60,074 nt of DNA from Desulfovibrionales bacterium (GCA_046542715.1 JBKHAV010000004.1:1-60074), one strand, 5' to 3'. Counted from the stretch's first letter, positions 1-11,316 are shown. The notes: generated by a model not told the origin, from the sequence alone. Numbers and translations are program-made.

Positions 1-913
1 GAAGCCATTTGGGTCGATGCAGGAGTCTGTTGAGCAGGGGAATGGCCTGATAATTGGTCAGAAAGAGCCCGGTAAACACGAGCAGGCCTCCCAGGATCAG
101 TGCGGGAGTGAGGGTTTCACCCAGGATCAATCCGCCCAGAACGACCCCGACGAGGGGCACCAGGTTGATGAATACCCCGGCCCGGGTGGGGCCGATGGCT
201 TTGATTCCCTGATAGTACCAGCAAAAACCCAGCCCTGTGCCGAAAATCCCCAGATACGAGATGGTAACCCACCCCTGAAGGGATATGCCTGCAAGATCGG
301 AAACGAGTCCCTGAGTGAGCGCAGGGATCAGAAGGGCGGCAGTGCCCACGATGCAGGAACCGGTCACGGCTGTAAGCGGTGTCAGCGAAGCCATGACCCG
401 CTTGCCGATCAGGGAGTAAGCGGTCCAGCTGATCACGCAACCCAGAAGAGCCAGTTCCCCCTGGCCGATTTCCCCGTGAAGCAGGTTCAGGGGGTTTCCC
501 CGGGCAATGACCACGCCTGCCCCTGTCAGGCAGAAAAGGATGCCTATTCCTTTGAGCGCTGTCAGTCGTTCACGGAAGAACAGGCTGGAAAAAAGGGCGA
601 TGGAGATGGGGTTGAGGGCGATGATCAGGGCGGCCCGTCCGGCCTGAATCGACTGCAGTCCAAGGAAGAAGAACACATTATAGGCGAAAACGCCGGTCAT
701 CCCCAGGAGAAAAATCCAAAACCACTGCTCTTTTGGGATACAGGGGATCCGGCGCTCGATTCGCAACGTCACCATGGAAAGGACGAGGGAAGCCAGTAGA
801 AAACGGAGAAACGCTGCGGAAAAAGGGTCCAGCTCCATGGACAGGAGCCGTCCGGCCACGAACGTTCCACCCCAGAAAACAGTGGCAAGTGTCAATTGCA
901 GGTAAATACGCAT
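1..913 (-). CDS. DMT/EamA family transporter (3' end runs off the window)
   Basis: Manual translation of the minus strand from ATG at 913: MRIYLQLTLATVFWGGTFVAGR...FLRFLLAS...YLGIFGTGLGFCWYYQGIKAIGPTRAGVFINLVPLVGV...LGETLT. This shows two EamA repeats and no stop before base 1, which is why it is missing from the ORF track. Confidence 0.9.
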   Translation of the reverse strand, partial: MRIYLQLTLATVFWGGTFVAGRLLSMELDPFSAAFLRFLLASLVLSMVTLRIERRIPCIPKEQWFWIFLLGMTGVFAYNVFFFLGLQSIQAGRAALIIALNPISIALFSSLFFRERLTALKGIGILFCLTGAGVVIARGNPLNLLHGEIGQGELALLGCVISWTAYSLIGKRVMASLTPLTAVTGSCIVGTAALLIPALTQGLVSDLAGISLQGWVTISYLGIFGTGLGFCWYYQGIKAIGPTRAGVFINLVPLVGVVLGGLILGETLTPALILGGLLVFTGLFLTNYQAIPLLNRLLHRPKWL

Positions 914-1023
914 ATGATATCCTGTAGCCTTGTCAGGGGGCGTGGAACGGGAGGAGTGATTACGGCATTTCAATGGGCGCGTCCAGAGTGAAATCCCGAA
1001 GCAGTGTCATAATCGGAGGTCAT

Positions 1024-1383
1024 ATGACGGAACGAGGAGCAGTGGAATCGACAAAGCTGTGTATCGTGTGGAGCACGGCGGATCGGGAAGTCGCCTTGAA
1101 CATGATCTTCATGTTCGCTGAAAACAGCAGAAAACACGAGTGGTGGGAACGCGTCAGAATCGTTGTCTGGGGCCCTTCAGCCAGAACGATCGTCTATGAT
1201 GGAGAGTTGCAGGTCGAACTGGGCAGACTCTCTGAAATGGGAGTCGAACTCCAGGCTTGCAGGGCCTGCGCCGAGCGGTACGGGGTGACGAAACAGCTCG
1301 AAGATTTCGGTCTGGAGGTCAAGTTCATGGGGCAGCCGCTTACGGACATGCTGATGTCGGACTGGAAGGTGATCGCGTTCTGA
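1024..1383 (+). CDS. DsrE/DsrF-like family protein
   Basis: GGAGG RBS then ATG at 1024; motifs IVVWGPSA and ELQACRACAERYGV are typical of small DsrE-like proteins. Confidence 0.75.
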   Translation: MTERGAVESTKLCIVWSTADREVALNMIFMFAENSRKHEWWERVRIVVWGPSARTIVYDGELQVELGRLSEMGVELQACRACAERYGVTKQLEDFGLEVKFMGQPLTDMLMSDWKVIAF

Positions 1384-1504
1384 TTCCTGCGGATGATGGA
1401 ATGAAAGATCAGCCGAGCTTGGGAAGTCCGTCGGTACGATGTAATTTCATCGATACGGTTTTCATCCAAATGCTACCTCACCAGAACCAAAAGCAGTGGA
1501 TGCT

Positions 1505-2188
1505 TTAGACGAGTCCGGCTCTGGCGCTTTCCAGAAAATCCTTGTGGCGCTTTCCATATGGCGGCCGGCTGAAAAAGGCGGAGCCGGAAACCAGGATATC
1601 GGCACCGGCTTTCACGATCTCAGCGGCGTTTTCCAGGGATACTCCCCCGTCCACCTGAATGCGGGTGTCTGCGCCGGCCGCCTCGATCATCTCCCGGCAG
1701 CGGCGTATCTTGTCCAGGGAAAAGGGAAGGAATTTCTGGCCGCCGAACCCGGGGTTGACGCTCATGATCAGCACCATGTCACACTGGGGCAGGACGTATT
1801 CGATATGGCTCAAGGGGGTGGCCGGGTTCAGGGAAACCGCAGGGGCTGCCCCCAGGTCGCGGATATGGCTCAAGGTCCGCTCCAGGTGCACGGTGGCTTC
1901 TGCGTGGACGCAGATGAGGTCGGCACCGGCATCCGTGAACTGCTCGAGATACCGTTCCGGCCGGTCGATCATGAGATGGACGTCGAAAAAGAGCCTGGTG
2001 TATTTCCGCACGGCCTTGATGATGGGGGGTCCAAGTGTGATATTGGGCACGAAACTTCCGTCCATCACGTCCCAGTGGACCCACCTCAATCCGGATTCCT
2101 CAAGGGATTCCAACTCCTCGCGCAAGCGCCCGAAATCCGAGGAGAGCAGGGAAGGGGAAAGGATAATCTCGCGCTCAGACCGCTTCAT
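1505..2188 (-). CDS. rpe: Ribulose-phosphate 3-epimerase
   Basis: SPSLLSSDF, HWDVMDGSFVPNIT, DVHLM, MSVNPGFGGQKF and VDGG motifs. Confidence 0.97.
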   Translation of the reverse strand: MKRSEREIILSPSLLSSDFGRLREELESLEESGLRWVHWDVMDGSFVPNITLGPPIIKAVRKYTRLFFDVHLMIDRPERYLEQFTDAGADLICVHAEATVHLERTLSHIRDLGAAPAVSLNPATPLSHIEYVLPQCDMVLIMSVNPGFGGQKFLPFSLDKIRRCREMIEAAGADTRIQVDGGVSLENAAEIVKAGADILVSGSAFFSRPPYGKRHKDFLESARAGLV

Positions 2189-2645
2189 TGTTGTCCTCCT
2201 CTTCCATGGGGAAATCCACTTTGATCTTGAACATCTTTACGGCCGGGAGGTTCAGGATGGGAATTCCGGTCTTTGCCGTGATCTCCTCGAGTGTGGCGCA
2301 GACCTCCTCCCAGGAGGGGCCGATGAAGGTGAACCAGACATTGTACTCGTGCTCCCGGAGGTAGTTGTGGGTCACTCCGGGGTGGCTGTTCACCTCGGCC
2401 ACGAACTCGTCCAGCTTGTCCTCGGGCACTCGTGCCGCGCACAGCGTGCTGCGCCAGCCCAGCTTGCGGGACTGGAAATTTGCGCCGATGCGGCGGATGA
2501 CCCCTTTTTGTGTGAGCGCCCGAACCCGGGCCAGGGTCTCGGCCTCGGTCAGTCCGACCTCGATGCCGATTGCCTCGTAGGGGCGGGGAACCAGGGGGTA
2601 GCCGGTCTGAATGATGTCGAGAATCTTGCGGTCGAGGGTGTCCAT
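2175..2645 (-). CDS. ahbA: Siroheme decarboxylase subunit alpha (Lrp/AsnC-like)
   Basis: AsnC-like HTH, GVIRRIGANF and GVTHNYLR motifs; lies in an operon with ahbC, ahbD and hemB. Confidence 0.88.
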   Translation of the reverse strand: MDTLDRKILDIIQTGYPLVPRPYEAIGIEVGLTEAETLARVRALTQKGVIRRIGANFQSRKLGWRSTLCAARVPEDKLDEFVAEVNSHPGVTHNYLREHEYNVWFTFIGPSWEEVCATLEEITAKTGIPILNLPAVKMFKIKVDFPMEEEDNNEAV

Positions 2646-2658
2646 GGTTTCTCTATTT

Positions 2659-2950
2659 TGCGAATTACTGAATTTGCGAATTATCGAATTTTCGATTTGG
2701 CGAATTGGCGAATCGTCGAATTTGCGAATTGAAATGAGCGAATTGAAATGGGCAAATCACGTACTTTGACGCCGAAGAAGGGCCCCTGAATCGTTCATGG
2801 CAGCAGCCAGGCTCCCGAATCGACTCTTCCCCTGCCGTGAATTCGCCAATTCGTCAATTCGCCAATTCCTACCTATTCGCCAATTCGTCAATCCGTCAAT
2901 TTTTTCCAATTCGCCAATTCGCCAATTCGTCAATTCCTACCTATTCGCCA
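2659..2950. repeat. Pair of inverted degenerate 8-mer tandem arrays (NNCGAATT)n ... (AATTCGYC)n
   Basis: Nine octamers at 2659-2730 plus two 14-mers to about 2758; about 13 complementary units at 2840-2950. Confidence 0.9.
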
Positions 2951-2951
2951 A

Positions 2952-4073
2952 TCACTTTTTCTTCGGCTCGTACGTGCACAGGGGTTCTTCAGCCAGGTAG
3001 TCGGCGCGCATGGTTTGGGCCCGGGCGCGGCAGCCGCCGCATACCCGGTGATACTCGCAGGGACCGCATTTGCCGGTGTAGGCGTTCTTGTCCCGAAGAT
3101 TTCTGAACTCTGCAGAGTTTTTCCAGATCTCGGGAAAGGGTGTTTCCTTGGTCTGGCCGCAGTCAAGCTCCAGATACCCGCAGGGCTGCACCTGCCCTGT
3201 ATGGGAGATGAAGCAGAACCCGATGCCGCCCAGGCATCCCCGGCTCACCGCATCCAGGCCGAAGTTCTCGAAATCCACCGGGATGTTCTCTTCCCGGGCG
3301 CGTTGTCTGAGGATGCGGTGGTAGTGGGGAGCGCATGTAGCCTTGAGGTGCATGTCCGTGGTTTTGCGGAAATCGTAGAACCAGTTCAGGACCTCCTCGT
3401 ACTCCCGGGCCGTGATGATTTCGTCCGGAAGTTCTGCAGCCCGGCCTGTAGGCACGAGCATGAAGATGTGCCAGGCCACGGCCCCGAGTCGTTCTGCCAA
3501 ATGGAAGATTTCCTTGAACTGGGAGAGATTGTTTTTGGTCACCGTCGTGTTGATCTGAAACGGGATGCCGGCTTCCTTCAGGTGCTTGATGCCGCGCAGG
3601 GAGGCGTCGAACGCCCCGGGCACGCCGCGGAACGTGTCATGGCTCTCCGCGCTCGGACCGTCGATGGAAATGGAGCAGCGCTCGATTCCGGCTTCCTTCA
3701 TCCGGCGGGCGTTTTCAGGCGTAATCAGGGTGCCGTTCGGGGCCATGACGCATTTGTGGCCTTTGGACTTGGCGTAGGCCACCAGTTCAAAGATGTCATG
3801 GCGCATGAGCGGTTCCCCGCCCGTAAAAATGATGATGGGGTTGCCGCATTCGGAAAAGGTGTCGATGAGCGCCTTGGCCTCCTCTGTGGAAAGCTCTCCG
3901 GGATACGGTTCTGTGTGGGCCTCGGCCCGGCAGTGCTTGCAGGCCAGGTTGCAGGAGCGGGTGACCTCCCAGGCGATGAGCCGAAGCTGCGGCATGCCGT
4001 CTTCGGCTGTCCCGTGGGGGTGAGTTCCTGGATGGCTCTTTTCAAGGGTGTTCTTGTGCGCGTGCTGGTGCAT
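2952..4073 (-). CDS. ahbD: Radical SAM heme b synthase
   Basis: CNLACKHC radical SAM motif, SPASM cysteines (GCLGG, CGPCEYHRVCGGCRARA) and ahb operon context. Confidence 0.9.
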   Translation of the reverse strand: MHQHAHKNTLEKSHPGTHPHGTAEDGMPQLRLIAWEVTRSCNLACKHCRAEAHTEPYPGELSTEEAKALIDTFSECGNPIIIFTGGEPLMRHDIFELVAYAKSKGHKCVMAPNGTLITPENARRMKEAGIERCSISIDGPSAESHDTFRGVPGAFDASLRGIKHLKEAGIPFQINTTVTKNNLSQFKEIFHLAERLGAVAWHIFMLVPTGRAAELPDEIITAREYEEVLNWFYDFRKTTDMHLKATCAPHYHRILRQRAREENIPVDFENFGLDAVSRGCLGGIGFCFISHTGQVQPCGYLELDCGQTKETPFPEIWKNSAEFRNLRDKNAYTGKCGPCEYHRVCGGCRARAQTMRADYLAEEPLCTYEPKKK

Positions 4074-4079
4074 GATGTG

Positions 4080-5057
4080 CTATTTTGAGTTCTTGAGAAA
4101 CGTTTCTGTGAAATAGGACAAAATGATATCAGCTCCGGCCCGTTTGATGGCGGTCAGCGATTCCAGCATGGCGCCATGTTCATCGAGCCAGCCCAGCCGG
4201 GCCGCAGCCTTGATCTGGGAATATTCGCCGCTGACCTGGTATGCGGCAATGGGCGTGTCAAAGGTGTCGCGAAGTGTCTTGATCACGTCCAGGTAGGGTC
4301 CGGCCGGTTTGACCATGAGGATGTCCGCCCCTTCGTCAAGGTCCGCCGCAGCTTCGCGCAATCCCTCGAGTGCGTTGGCCGGGTCCATCTGATGTGAACG
4401 GCGGTCCCCAAACTTGGGCGCGCCTTCGGCTGCCTCGCGAAAGGGACCGTAAAACGAGGACGCGTACTTCACGGCGTAGCTCATGACCGGCAGCGACGCA
4501 AAGCCGTTTTCGTCCAGGGCCGCCCGGATCGCGGCGACTCGGCCGTCCATCATGTCCGAGGGCGCGACCATGTCAGCCCCGGATTCGGCATGGGACAGCG
4601 CGGTTTTGGCGAGCAGTTTCAGGGTCGGGTCATTGGCGATTTCGCCGTGCTCGATCACCCCGCAGTGGCCGTGGGAGGTGTATTCGCACAGGCAGACGTC
4701 GGTGATGACCACCAGTCCGGGGAAGTTTCTTTTCAGTGTCCTGACCGCACGCTGGATAACGCCGTGTTCGGCGCAGGCCTGGGAGCCGGTTTCGTCTTTT
4801 TCAGCAGGGATGCCGAAGAGAATGCAGGAGACCAGCCCGTTGTCCACAGCCTGTCCCACCTGCTCTACCAGCCTGGGGATGGAGAGCTGGTACTGACCGG
4901 GCATGGAGGAGATCTCTTTTTTGAAATCATCCTCCCTGTCCACCGCGAAGTAAGGCTGCACGAGATCTTCGGGGCGAAGCGCGGTCTCGGCGACCATGCG
5001 CCGGATACCGGGGTTCATTCGCAGGCGGCGGCCTCTGTAGAATGCGGGCATTGGCAT
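4080..5057 (-). CDS. hemB: Porphobilinogen synthase
   Basis: [38 protein letters not shown] and AYQVSGEY motifs. Confidence 0.98.
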   Translation of the reverse strand: MPMPAFYRGRRLRMNPGIRRMVAETALRPEDLVQPYFAVDREDDFKKEISSMPGQYQLSIPRLVEQVGQAVDNGLVSCILFGIPAEKDETGSQACAEHGVIQRAVRTLKRNFPGLVVITDVCLCEYTSHGHCGVIEHGEIANDPTLKLLAKTALSHAESGADMVAPSDMMDGRVAAIRAALDENGFASLPVMSYAVKYASSFYGPFREAAEGAPKFGDRRSHQMDPANALEGLREAAADLDEGADILMVKPAGPYLDVIKTLRDTFDTPIAAYQVSGEYSQIKAAARLGWLDEHGAMLESLTAIKRAGADIILSYFTETFLKNSK

Positions 5058-5078
5058 AAGCTAACCTCTGTTGAAGAG

Positions 5079-5220
5079 AACTTCGAATATGGAAATCAGA
5101 AATTCGAAAGAAACTCAAAAAACCTGAGAGAGAAAGAAGCTTTTCTGCGAACTCTTATCCTTTGATCTTTGATTGAAGCGAAGCTCTTGTTTCGAATTTC
5201 GATATTCGAATTTCGAATTT
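5079..5220. repeat. Inverted degenerate 7-mer tandem repeats (AAATTCG)n ... (CGAATTT)n between ahbC and hemB
   Basis: AACTTCG AATATGG AAATCAG AAATTCG from 5079; GTTTCG AATTTCG ATATTCG AATTTCG AATTT at 5189-5220. Confidence 0.75.
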
Positions 5221-6406
5221 ATTCTTCGATCCTGATCTCTTCATCCGTCAGATAGCAAGCCGGGTCGTCGGCCCAGATGTCGCCGTACACGGCCTCGGCC
5301 CGCGCCCGGAAGTTGCCGCCGCAGATATTCAGGTACCTGCAGGACTGACATCTCCCCTTGAGATAGGGGCGCTTGTCCTTGAGCTTGTGCAGGAGTTCGA
5401 TATTGGGATCGTCCCATATCTCTGAAAACGGGCGTTCCAGCACATTGCCGAAGGTATGGTTTCTCCAAAACTGGTCGGCATGAACCCGGCCGTCCCAGGA
5501 GATGCAGCCGATCCCCCGGCCGGTGGAATTGCCCTGGTTCCAGGAGAGCAGTTCCAAAACCTGTTCGGCGCGTTTTGGATCTTCCCGCTTGAGTCGCTCG
5601 TACACGAGCGGGCCGTCGGCGTGGTTGTCCACGGTGAGCACTTCTTTTTCCAGGCCGGCCTGGTACAGCGCCCGGGTTTCGTCCATGATGAGGTGAACCG
5701 CGGCGCGGGTTTCGGCATGGGTCAGGTCCTCGTTCACCAGTTCCGAGCCCCGCCCGGAGTAGACGAGATGATAGAAGCAGATGCGGGGCACTTCGAGATC
5801 CCTGATCAGCTGAAAAAGAAAGGGGATGTCTTGGGCGTTGCGCTTATTGATGGTGAAGCGCAGTCCCACCTTGAGATCTTCGGCCTTGCAGTTCTCGATG
5901 CCTGCCACAGCCATGTCAAAGGCTTTGTCAGAACCCCGGAATTTGTTGTGGGTCTCGGGTGCGCCGTCCATGGAAATGCCCACGTAGGAGAGTCCGACTT
6001 CCTTGAGTTCCCTGGCTTTTTCCTTGGTGATGAGCGTGCCGTTGGTGGAGATGACCGCGCGCATGCCCTTGGATGTGGCATGGAGGGCAAGTTCGACCAG
6101 ATCCTTGCGCACGAGGGGTTCCCCGCCGGAAAAGAGCATGACCGGCGCTCCATAGGCAGCCAGATCATCGATCATCTCCTTGGCGGCGTCTGTGCCGATG
6201 ATGTCCGATCCCTCTTCCTCCACGGCCTTGGCGTAGCAGTGCACGCATTTCTGGTTGCAGCGCTGGGTGGAGTTCCAGACGACAACCGGTTTCTTGTCCT
6301 TGGAGAACTGGAGCAGATGGGAGGGCAGCTTTCCGGAGTGACGGCCGTACCGGAGTGCATCCGAAGGCTCGACCGAGCCGCAGTAGAGTTTGGAAATACC
6401 GATCAT
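5219..6406 (-). CDS. ahbC: Radical SAM 12,18-didecarboxysiroheme deacetylase (Fe-coproporphyrin synthase)
   Basis: MIGISKLYCG...DALRYGR N-terminus, CNQKCVHCY, TVDNHADG and CGGNFRARA; GAGGT RBS before ATG at 6406. Confidence 0.92.
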   Translation of the reverse strand: MIGISKLYCGSVEPSDALRYGRHSGKLPSHLLQFSKDKKPVVVWNSTQRCNQKCVHCYAKAVEEEGSDIIGTDAAKEMIDDLAAYGAPVMLFSGGEPLVRKDLVELALHATSKGMRAVISTNGTLITKEKARELKEVGLSYVGISMDGAPETHNKFRGSDKAFDMAVAGIENCKAEDLKVGLRFTINKRNAQDIPFLFQLIRDLEVPRICFYHLVYSGRGSELVNEDLTHAETRAAVHLIMDETRALYQAGLEKEVLTVDNHADGPLVYERLKREDPKRAEQVLELLSWNQGNSTGRGIGCISWDGRVHADQFWRNHTFGNVLERPFSEIWDDPNIELLHKLKDKRPYLKGRCQSCRYLNICGGNFRARAEAVYGDIWADDPACYLTDEEIRIEE

Positions 6407-6704
6407 GTATGACCTCAATCAGGGTTGTATTCTCATGGCTGACTGCACCTCGTCCAGGCAGTCAAGAAGATACCTTGTAATGATTTCGCCCTTGTCAGGC
6501 AAGCGCGGCAACGGGACGAATCAACTTGAAAATGCTGTCTTTCCTTTCTAATAAGAATTTCTCTCAGGAGGGCAAGGAAGATATGAAAGAAAGGAAACAT
6601 TCGGTATCGAGATACCATGAATGACCGGTATTTCGAACACCTGTGCGCTGAGTCGCCGATGGTCGAATTCCAGCAGCAGTCAATACCTAACGCACTGAAG
6701 GAAT

Positions 6705-6735
6705 AAAAAACGAGCCCTCTTTCGAGGGCTCGTTT
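6705..6735 (-). terminator. Intrinsic terminator after lon
   Basis: Hairpin CGAGCCCTC-GAAA-GAGGGCTCG followed by a T-run on the minus strand. Confidence 0.8.
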
Positions 6736-6755
6736 CCGTCATCTTGGCTTGACGA

Positions 6756-9206
6756 TTATTGATGCTTTCTGCGGAATTCTTCCTTGAGCAGGGAGTGGGA
6801 GACCGGGATGAACCCGCCCTGGCCGCAGAAGAGGTGTTCAGGTTCGACTTCGAGCAGGGCCTCTGGAAGAACCTCGTCCATGTGCTCAACCGGCTTGATC
6901 TCCAGATCCTTGAGGATCTCGGCCGGAACGTCCTTGAGGTCCTTTTCGTTGTCCTTGGGGATAAGCACCTTGGACAGCAGTCCCCGGTGAGCGGCCAGGA
7001 GCTTTTCCCGCAGCCCGCCGATGGGCAGGACCCTGCCGCGCAGAGTGATCTCGCCGGTCATGGCCAGATCGTTTCTGACCGGCTTGTTCAGGAGCACTGA
7101 GACCAGGCTGGTGGCCAGGGTGATGCCGGCGCTGGGCCCGTCCTTGGGTGTCGCTCCCTCTGGGACGTGAACATGGATGTCCACATCCTTGTAGAAGTCG
7201 GACCGAAGTCCGAAGTTCTCGGCACGGGAGCGGACATAGGACAGGGCTGCCCGGGCTGATTCCTGCATCACGTCGCCGAGCTTTCCGGTGATCTCCACTT
7301 TCCCTGATCCAGGCATGAGCGCCACCTCGACGACGAGCAGTTCGCCGCCCAGCTGCGTCCAGGCCAGCCCGGTGGTCACGCCCACCTGAGGATTCTCTTC
7401 GCGCTCGCCGAAGCGGAACTTGTGCACGCCAAGGTAAGCGGGAATGGAGGTCTTGGTGATGTTCACCGTCTTTTTGAGATCTTTTTCCTCCACCAGCTTC
7501 TTGGTCACCTTGCGGCAGACCGAAGCGATCTCCCGTTCCAGGCTGCGCACGCCCGCTTCCTTGGTGTAGTGGCGGACGATCTCCAGGATGCCGTTGTCGG
7601 ACAACGAGATGTTTTCGCTGCTCAACCCGTGCATCTCCAGCTGCTTGGGAAAGAGGAAGTCGCGGGCAATGTGCTTTTTTTCGGTCTCCAGATACCCGGG
7701 CAGCTTGATGATCTCCATTCTGTCCTGCAGGGGCAGTGGAATGGTATGCAGCTGGTTGGCCGTGGTGATGAAAAAGACCTTGGACAGGTCATAGTCCAGA
7801 TCCAGATAGTGGTCGCCAAAGGCGTTGTTCTGCTCCGGATCGAGAACTTCGAGGAGCGCCGACGCCGGGTCACCGCGAAAATCGTTGCTCAGCTTGTCGA
7901 TCTCGTCCAGGCAGAACACAGGGTTGTTGTGCTGGGCCCGCTTGAGGGACTGGATGATCTTTCCGGGGAGGGCGCCGACATACGTGCGGCGGTGGCCCCG
8001 GATCTCAGCCTCGTCCCGCACTCCGCCCAGAGAGACCCGGACGAACTCCCGGTTTGTAGCTCTGGCAATGGACTTGGCAATGGAGGTCTTTCCCACGCCA
8101 GGGGGGCCGACCAGACAGATGATGGGCCCTTTGAGCGTGTTCACGATGCTGTCCACGGCCAGATACTCCAGGATGCGTTCCTTGGGTTTTTCCAGTCCGT
8201 AGTGGTCTTCATCAAGGATCTTTTGGGCCTCGGCCAGGTCGGTATTGGTCTCCTTGGTCTTGTTCCAGGGCAGATCAAGGATCCAGTCCACATAGTTGCG
8301 GACCACCGTGTACTCGGCAGAGGACGGCTGGATCTGGCGCAGCTTTTTCAGCTCAGCAGCGCATTTTTCCCGGGCCTCGTCAGGCATGTCCTTGCCCTTG
8401 AGACGCTCTTCGAGCTCGTCGACCTCCTGTTTTGGGTCACCTTCGCGGCCCATCTCCTTGTTGATGGCCTTGAGCTGTTCGTTGAGATAGTATTCCTTGT
8501 GGTTTTTTTCCAACTGCTTCTTGACTCTGGACTTGATCCGCTTCTCCATGGAGAAGACCTCCACTTCGGACTGCAGCACGGTATAGACCGTTTCCAGCCG
8601 TTCCATGGGATCGGTGATCTCCAGGATTTCCTGCTTCTTGACGAAATCCAGCTTCAGATGCGGCACAATGGCGTCTGCCAGCCTGCCGGGCAGTTTCAGG
8701 GAGAGCATGGCCATGATGCTCTCCTGGGGCAGTTTCTTGTTGATCCGGCCAAAGCTTTCCACTGCCTCGTGGGTCAACCTGACCAGGGCGTCTGATTCGG
8801 CGCTTTCCTCCTCTTGTTCTGCCAAAGGCTTTGTCAGAACAAGCGGGAATCCCTCCCGGATGGAAAACGGAACGTCTTTGGGGCATGTGGCGCGGTACAA
8901 TCCTTCGAAAAGCACTTTTACGGTCCCGTCAGGGAGGCGCAGAAGCTGCAGGATTTTGGCAACCGTCCCCATGTCGTAAAGATCCTCAGGTCCGGGACGC
9001 TCTTTTTCAGGCTCCCTCTGGGCAACCAGGAAAATCTTCTTGTTGTAATCTTTGAGGGCTGCCTCCACGGCTTTGATGGATGCATCCCTTCCAACGAAGA
9101 GCGGGATGATCGACCGTGGGAACATAACCACTTCCCTCAGGGACATGAGAGGGAGAACGGCTTCAGTATATTGGGTGACCCCGTCCCGATGTTCGGAATC
9201 GGTCAT
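6756..9206 (-). CDS. lon: ATP-dependent Lon protease
   Basis: LON N-domain, Walker [10 protein letters not shown] and catalytic PKDGPSAG. Confidence 0.98.
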   Translation of the reverse strand: MTDSEHRDGVTQYTEAVLPLMSLREVVMFPRSIIPLFVGRDASIKAVEAALKDYNKKIFLVAQREPEKERPGPEDLYDMGTVAKILQLLRLPDGTVKVLFEGLYRATCPKDVPFSIREGFPLVLTKPLAEQEEESAESDALVRLTHEAVESFGRINKKLPQESIMAMLSLKLPGRLADAIVPHLKLDFVKKQEILEITDPMERLETVYTVLQSEVEVFSMEKRIKSRVKKQLEKNHKEYYLNEQLKAINKEMGREGDPKQEVDELEERLKGKDMPDEAREKCAAELKKLRQIQPSSAEYTVVRNYVDWILDLPWNKTKETNTDLAEAQKILDEDHYGLEKPKERILEYLAVDSIVNTLKGPIICLVGPPGVGKTSIAKSIARATNREFVRVSLGGVRDEAEIRGHRRTYVGALPGKIIQSLKRAQHNNPVFCLDEIDKLSNDFRGDPASALLEVLDPEQNNAFGDHYLDLDYDLSKVFFITTANQLHTIPLPLQDRMEIIKLPGYLETEKKHIARDFLFPKQLEMHGLSSENISLSDNGILEIVRHYTKEAGVRSLEREIASVCRKVTKKLVEEKDLKKTVNITKTSIPAYLGVHKFRFGEREENPQVGVTTGLAWTQLGGELLVVEVALMPGSGKVEITGKLGDVMQESARAALSYVRSRAENFGLRSDFYKDVDIHVHVPEGATPKDGPSAGITLATSLVSVLLNKPVRNDLAMTGEITLRGRVLPIGGLREKLLAAHRGLLSKVLIPKDNEKDLKDVPAEILKDLEIKPVEHMDEVLPEALLEVEPEHLFCGQGGFIPVSHSLLKEEFRRKHQ

Positions 9207-9254
9207 TAGAACCTCCTGTAGTTCCCGGCTGCAAAAGCCGGGAGGGTTGTCACA

Positions 9255-10505
9255 TCAGGCCGTCTTGACTTCCTGTTCATAGAACAGAAGGGGTTCGACG
9301 TTTTTTTCCACGACGGCCTTGTTAATCACACATTCCTTGACGTTTTCAAGGGATGGGAGCTGGTACATGATTTCGAGCATGATGATCTCGAGCACGTTTC
9401 GCAGGCCGCGGGCTCCTGTCTTGCGCTCAATCGCCTTTCTGGCGATGGCGTTCAGGGCGTTTTGAGTGAACCTGAGGCGGACATTGTCCAGCTCGAAAAG
9501 CTTCTGGTACTGCCGGACAAGGGCGTTTTTCGGTTTGGTCAGGATCTGGATCATATCCTCCTCGCTCAGTTCGTCCAGTGCGGAGATGAGCGGTATCCTG
9601 CCGACGAATTCGGGGATAAGCCCGAACTTGATCAAATCGTAGGGGTGAACGTTGGAGATGAGCTTGTAGGGATCATCCTTGTCCACGCTGGAAATGTTGG
9701 CGCCAAAGCCCATGGCCGACCCTTTGAGACGGTTCTGGACGATCTTTTCCAGGCCGATGAACGCGCCGCCAAAGACGAACAGGATGTTGGACGTGTTCAG
9801 TCTGATGAATTCCTGCTGGGGATGTTTGCGTCCACCCTTTGGGGGGATGTTGGCTTCGGTCCCCTCGATGATCTTGAGCAGTGCCTGTTGCACACCTTCA
9901 CCGGATACATCTCTGGTGATGGAGGCAGATTCCGACTTTCGGGCGATCTTGTCGATCTCGTCCACATAGACGATGCCCCGGGACGCTGCATCCAGGTCGT
10001 AGTCTGCATTCTGCAGCAGCTGAACCAGGATGTTTTCCACATCCTCGCCAACATAGCCGGCCTCGGTCAGACTGGTGGCGTCGGCAATGGCAAAGGGAAC
10101 ACGAAGTATGCGGGCCAGGGTCCGGGCCAGCAGGGTTTTTCCGGAACCGGTGGGGCCGATGAGCAGGACGTTGCTCTTGTCGATTTCCACGTCATTTGCT
10201 TTCCCACCAGCATAATTGACCCGTTTGTAATGGTTGTGCACGGCCACGGACAGGACTTTCTTGGCATAGTCCTGTCCCACAACATAGTCGTCGAGCTGTT
10301 CTTTGATCTCTGCGGGCGTGAGGAGCGGCCCCTGATCCAGCGGGTTCTGCACGTCATCCTGTACAATGATTTCCGTGCACAGCGAGACGCATTCGTCGCA
10401 GATATACACGTCCGGGCCGGCAATGAGCCGCTTGACCTCGTCCTGGGTCTTGGAACAGAACGAGCAGCACAGATCTGTGGTAAGCTTACCGTCTTTTTTC
10501 GTCAT
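9255..10505 (-). CDS. clpX: ClpX ATPase
   Basis: Zn-binding CSFC...[26 protein letters not shown] and GARGLR; start taken at MTKKD. Confidence 0.98.
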   Translation of the reverse strand: MTKKDGKLTTDLCCSFCSKTQDEVKRLIAGPDVYICDECVSLCTEIIVQDDVQNPLDQGPLLTPAEIKEQLDDYVVGQDYAKKVLSVAVHNHYKRVNYAGGKANDVEIDKSNVLLIGPTGSGKTLLARTLARILRVPFAIADATSLTEAGYVGEDVENILVQLLQNADYDLDAASRGIVYVDEIDKIARKSESASITRDVSGEGVQQALLKIIEGTEANIPPKGGRKHPQQEFIRLNTSNILFVFGGAFIGLEKIVQNRLKGSAMGFGANISSVDKDDPYKLISNVHPYDLIKFGLIPEFVGRIPLISALDELSEEDMIQILTKPKNALVRQYQKLFELDNVRLRFTQNALNAIARKAIERKTGARGLRNVLEIIMLEIMYQLPSLENVKECVINKAVVEKNVEPLLFYEQEVKTA

Positions 10506-10518
10506 TTTTCCTTCCCAA

Positions 10519-11118
10519 TTAGACTTCCGCGACCTCTCGTCTCGAGGAGAGCACCCTGTCCACGACTCCATACTCTTTCGCTTCCTGGGCATTCATGAAG
10601 TAGTCCCGTTCAGTGTCTTTCTGGATCTTTTCCAGGGGCGCTCCGGTGTGACTGGAGAGAATCTGGTTCAATGTTTCTTTCAGACGAATAATTTCTCTGG
10701 CCTGGATGTCAATGTCCGTGGCCTGACCCTGGAAGCCGCCCATGGGCTGATGAATGAGGATTCTGCTGTTCGGCAGGGCGTAGCGCATGCCCGCTTCACC
10801 GGCGGTGAGCAGAAGGGCGCCCATACTGGCAGCCTGACCCAGGCACAATGTGGCCACCGGGGCGGAGATGTACTGCATGGTGTCGTAGATTGCCATGCCT
10901 GCGGTGACCGACCCTCCAGGGGAGTTGATGTAAAGGTTGATCTCCTTTTCCGGATTTTCAGATTCCAGAAACAGAAGCTGGGCGCAAATCAGATTGGAGA
11001 TGTTGTCGTCAATGGGGGTCCCCAGGATGATGATCCTGTCCCTGAGCAGCCTCGAATAGATGTCATAGGCCCGTTCGCCTCTTCCTGAGGACTCGATGAC
11101 GATAGGGATAGTCGGCAT
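10519..11118 (-). CDS. clpP: ClpP protease proteolytic subunit
   Basis: [19 protein letters not shown] and HQP motifs. Confidence 0.98.
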   Translation of the reverse strand: MPTIPIVIESSGRGERAYDIYSRLLRDRIIILGTPIDDNISNLICAQLLFLESENPEKEINLYINSPGGSVTAGMAIYDTMQYISAPVATLCLGQAASMGALLLTAGEAGMRYALPNSRILIHQPMGGFQGQATDIDIQAREIIRLKETLNQILSSHTGAPLEKIQKDTERDYFMNAQEAKEYGVVDRVLSSRREVAEV

Positions 11119-11284
11119 GTGCTACTCCTTTGAATTCATCTTATATAATAATCATTATCGGAAAGTTGTCAGCCTCTGAAAGCTCTATTCACTGCGGACC
11201 GACGATATGCACAATACGTAATCACCGGGATAAGTATAGCAACAATCAAAACCAATTGCCACAGACCAGCCAGGGGCCAGGGAT

Positions 11285-11316
11285 AAAAAAAGGAGCGGAA
11301 CACGGGTTCCGCTCCT
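11285..11316 (-). terminator. Intrinsic terminator between tig and clpP
   Basis: AGGAGCGGAAC-N4-GTTCCGCTCCT followed by a T-run on the minus strand. Confidence 0.75.

Noticed and set aside
17-799. 260-aa plus-strand ORF
   Set aside because: It is the antisense shadow of the EamA transporter on the minus strand.
2659-2950. Possible CRISPR array
   Set aside because: The units are 8 bp and contiguous, with no unique spacers and no cas genes.
2797-3106. ORFs with repeated FANSSIRQ/IRQFANS peptides
   Set aside because: These are translation artefacts of the octamer DNA repeat; there is no RBS and they overlap ahbD.
2175-6406. Absence of ahbB from the ahb operon
   Set aside because: ahbB is commonly encoded at a separate locus in Desulfovibrio-like genomes, so this is not anomalous.
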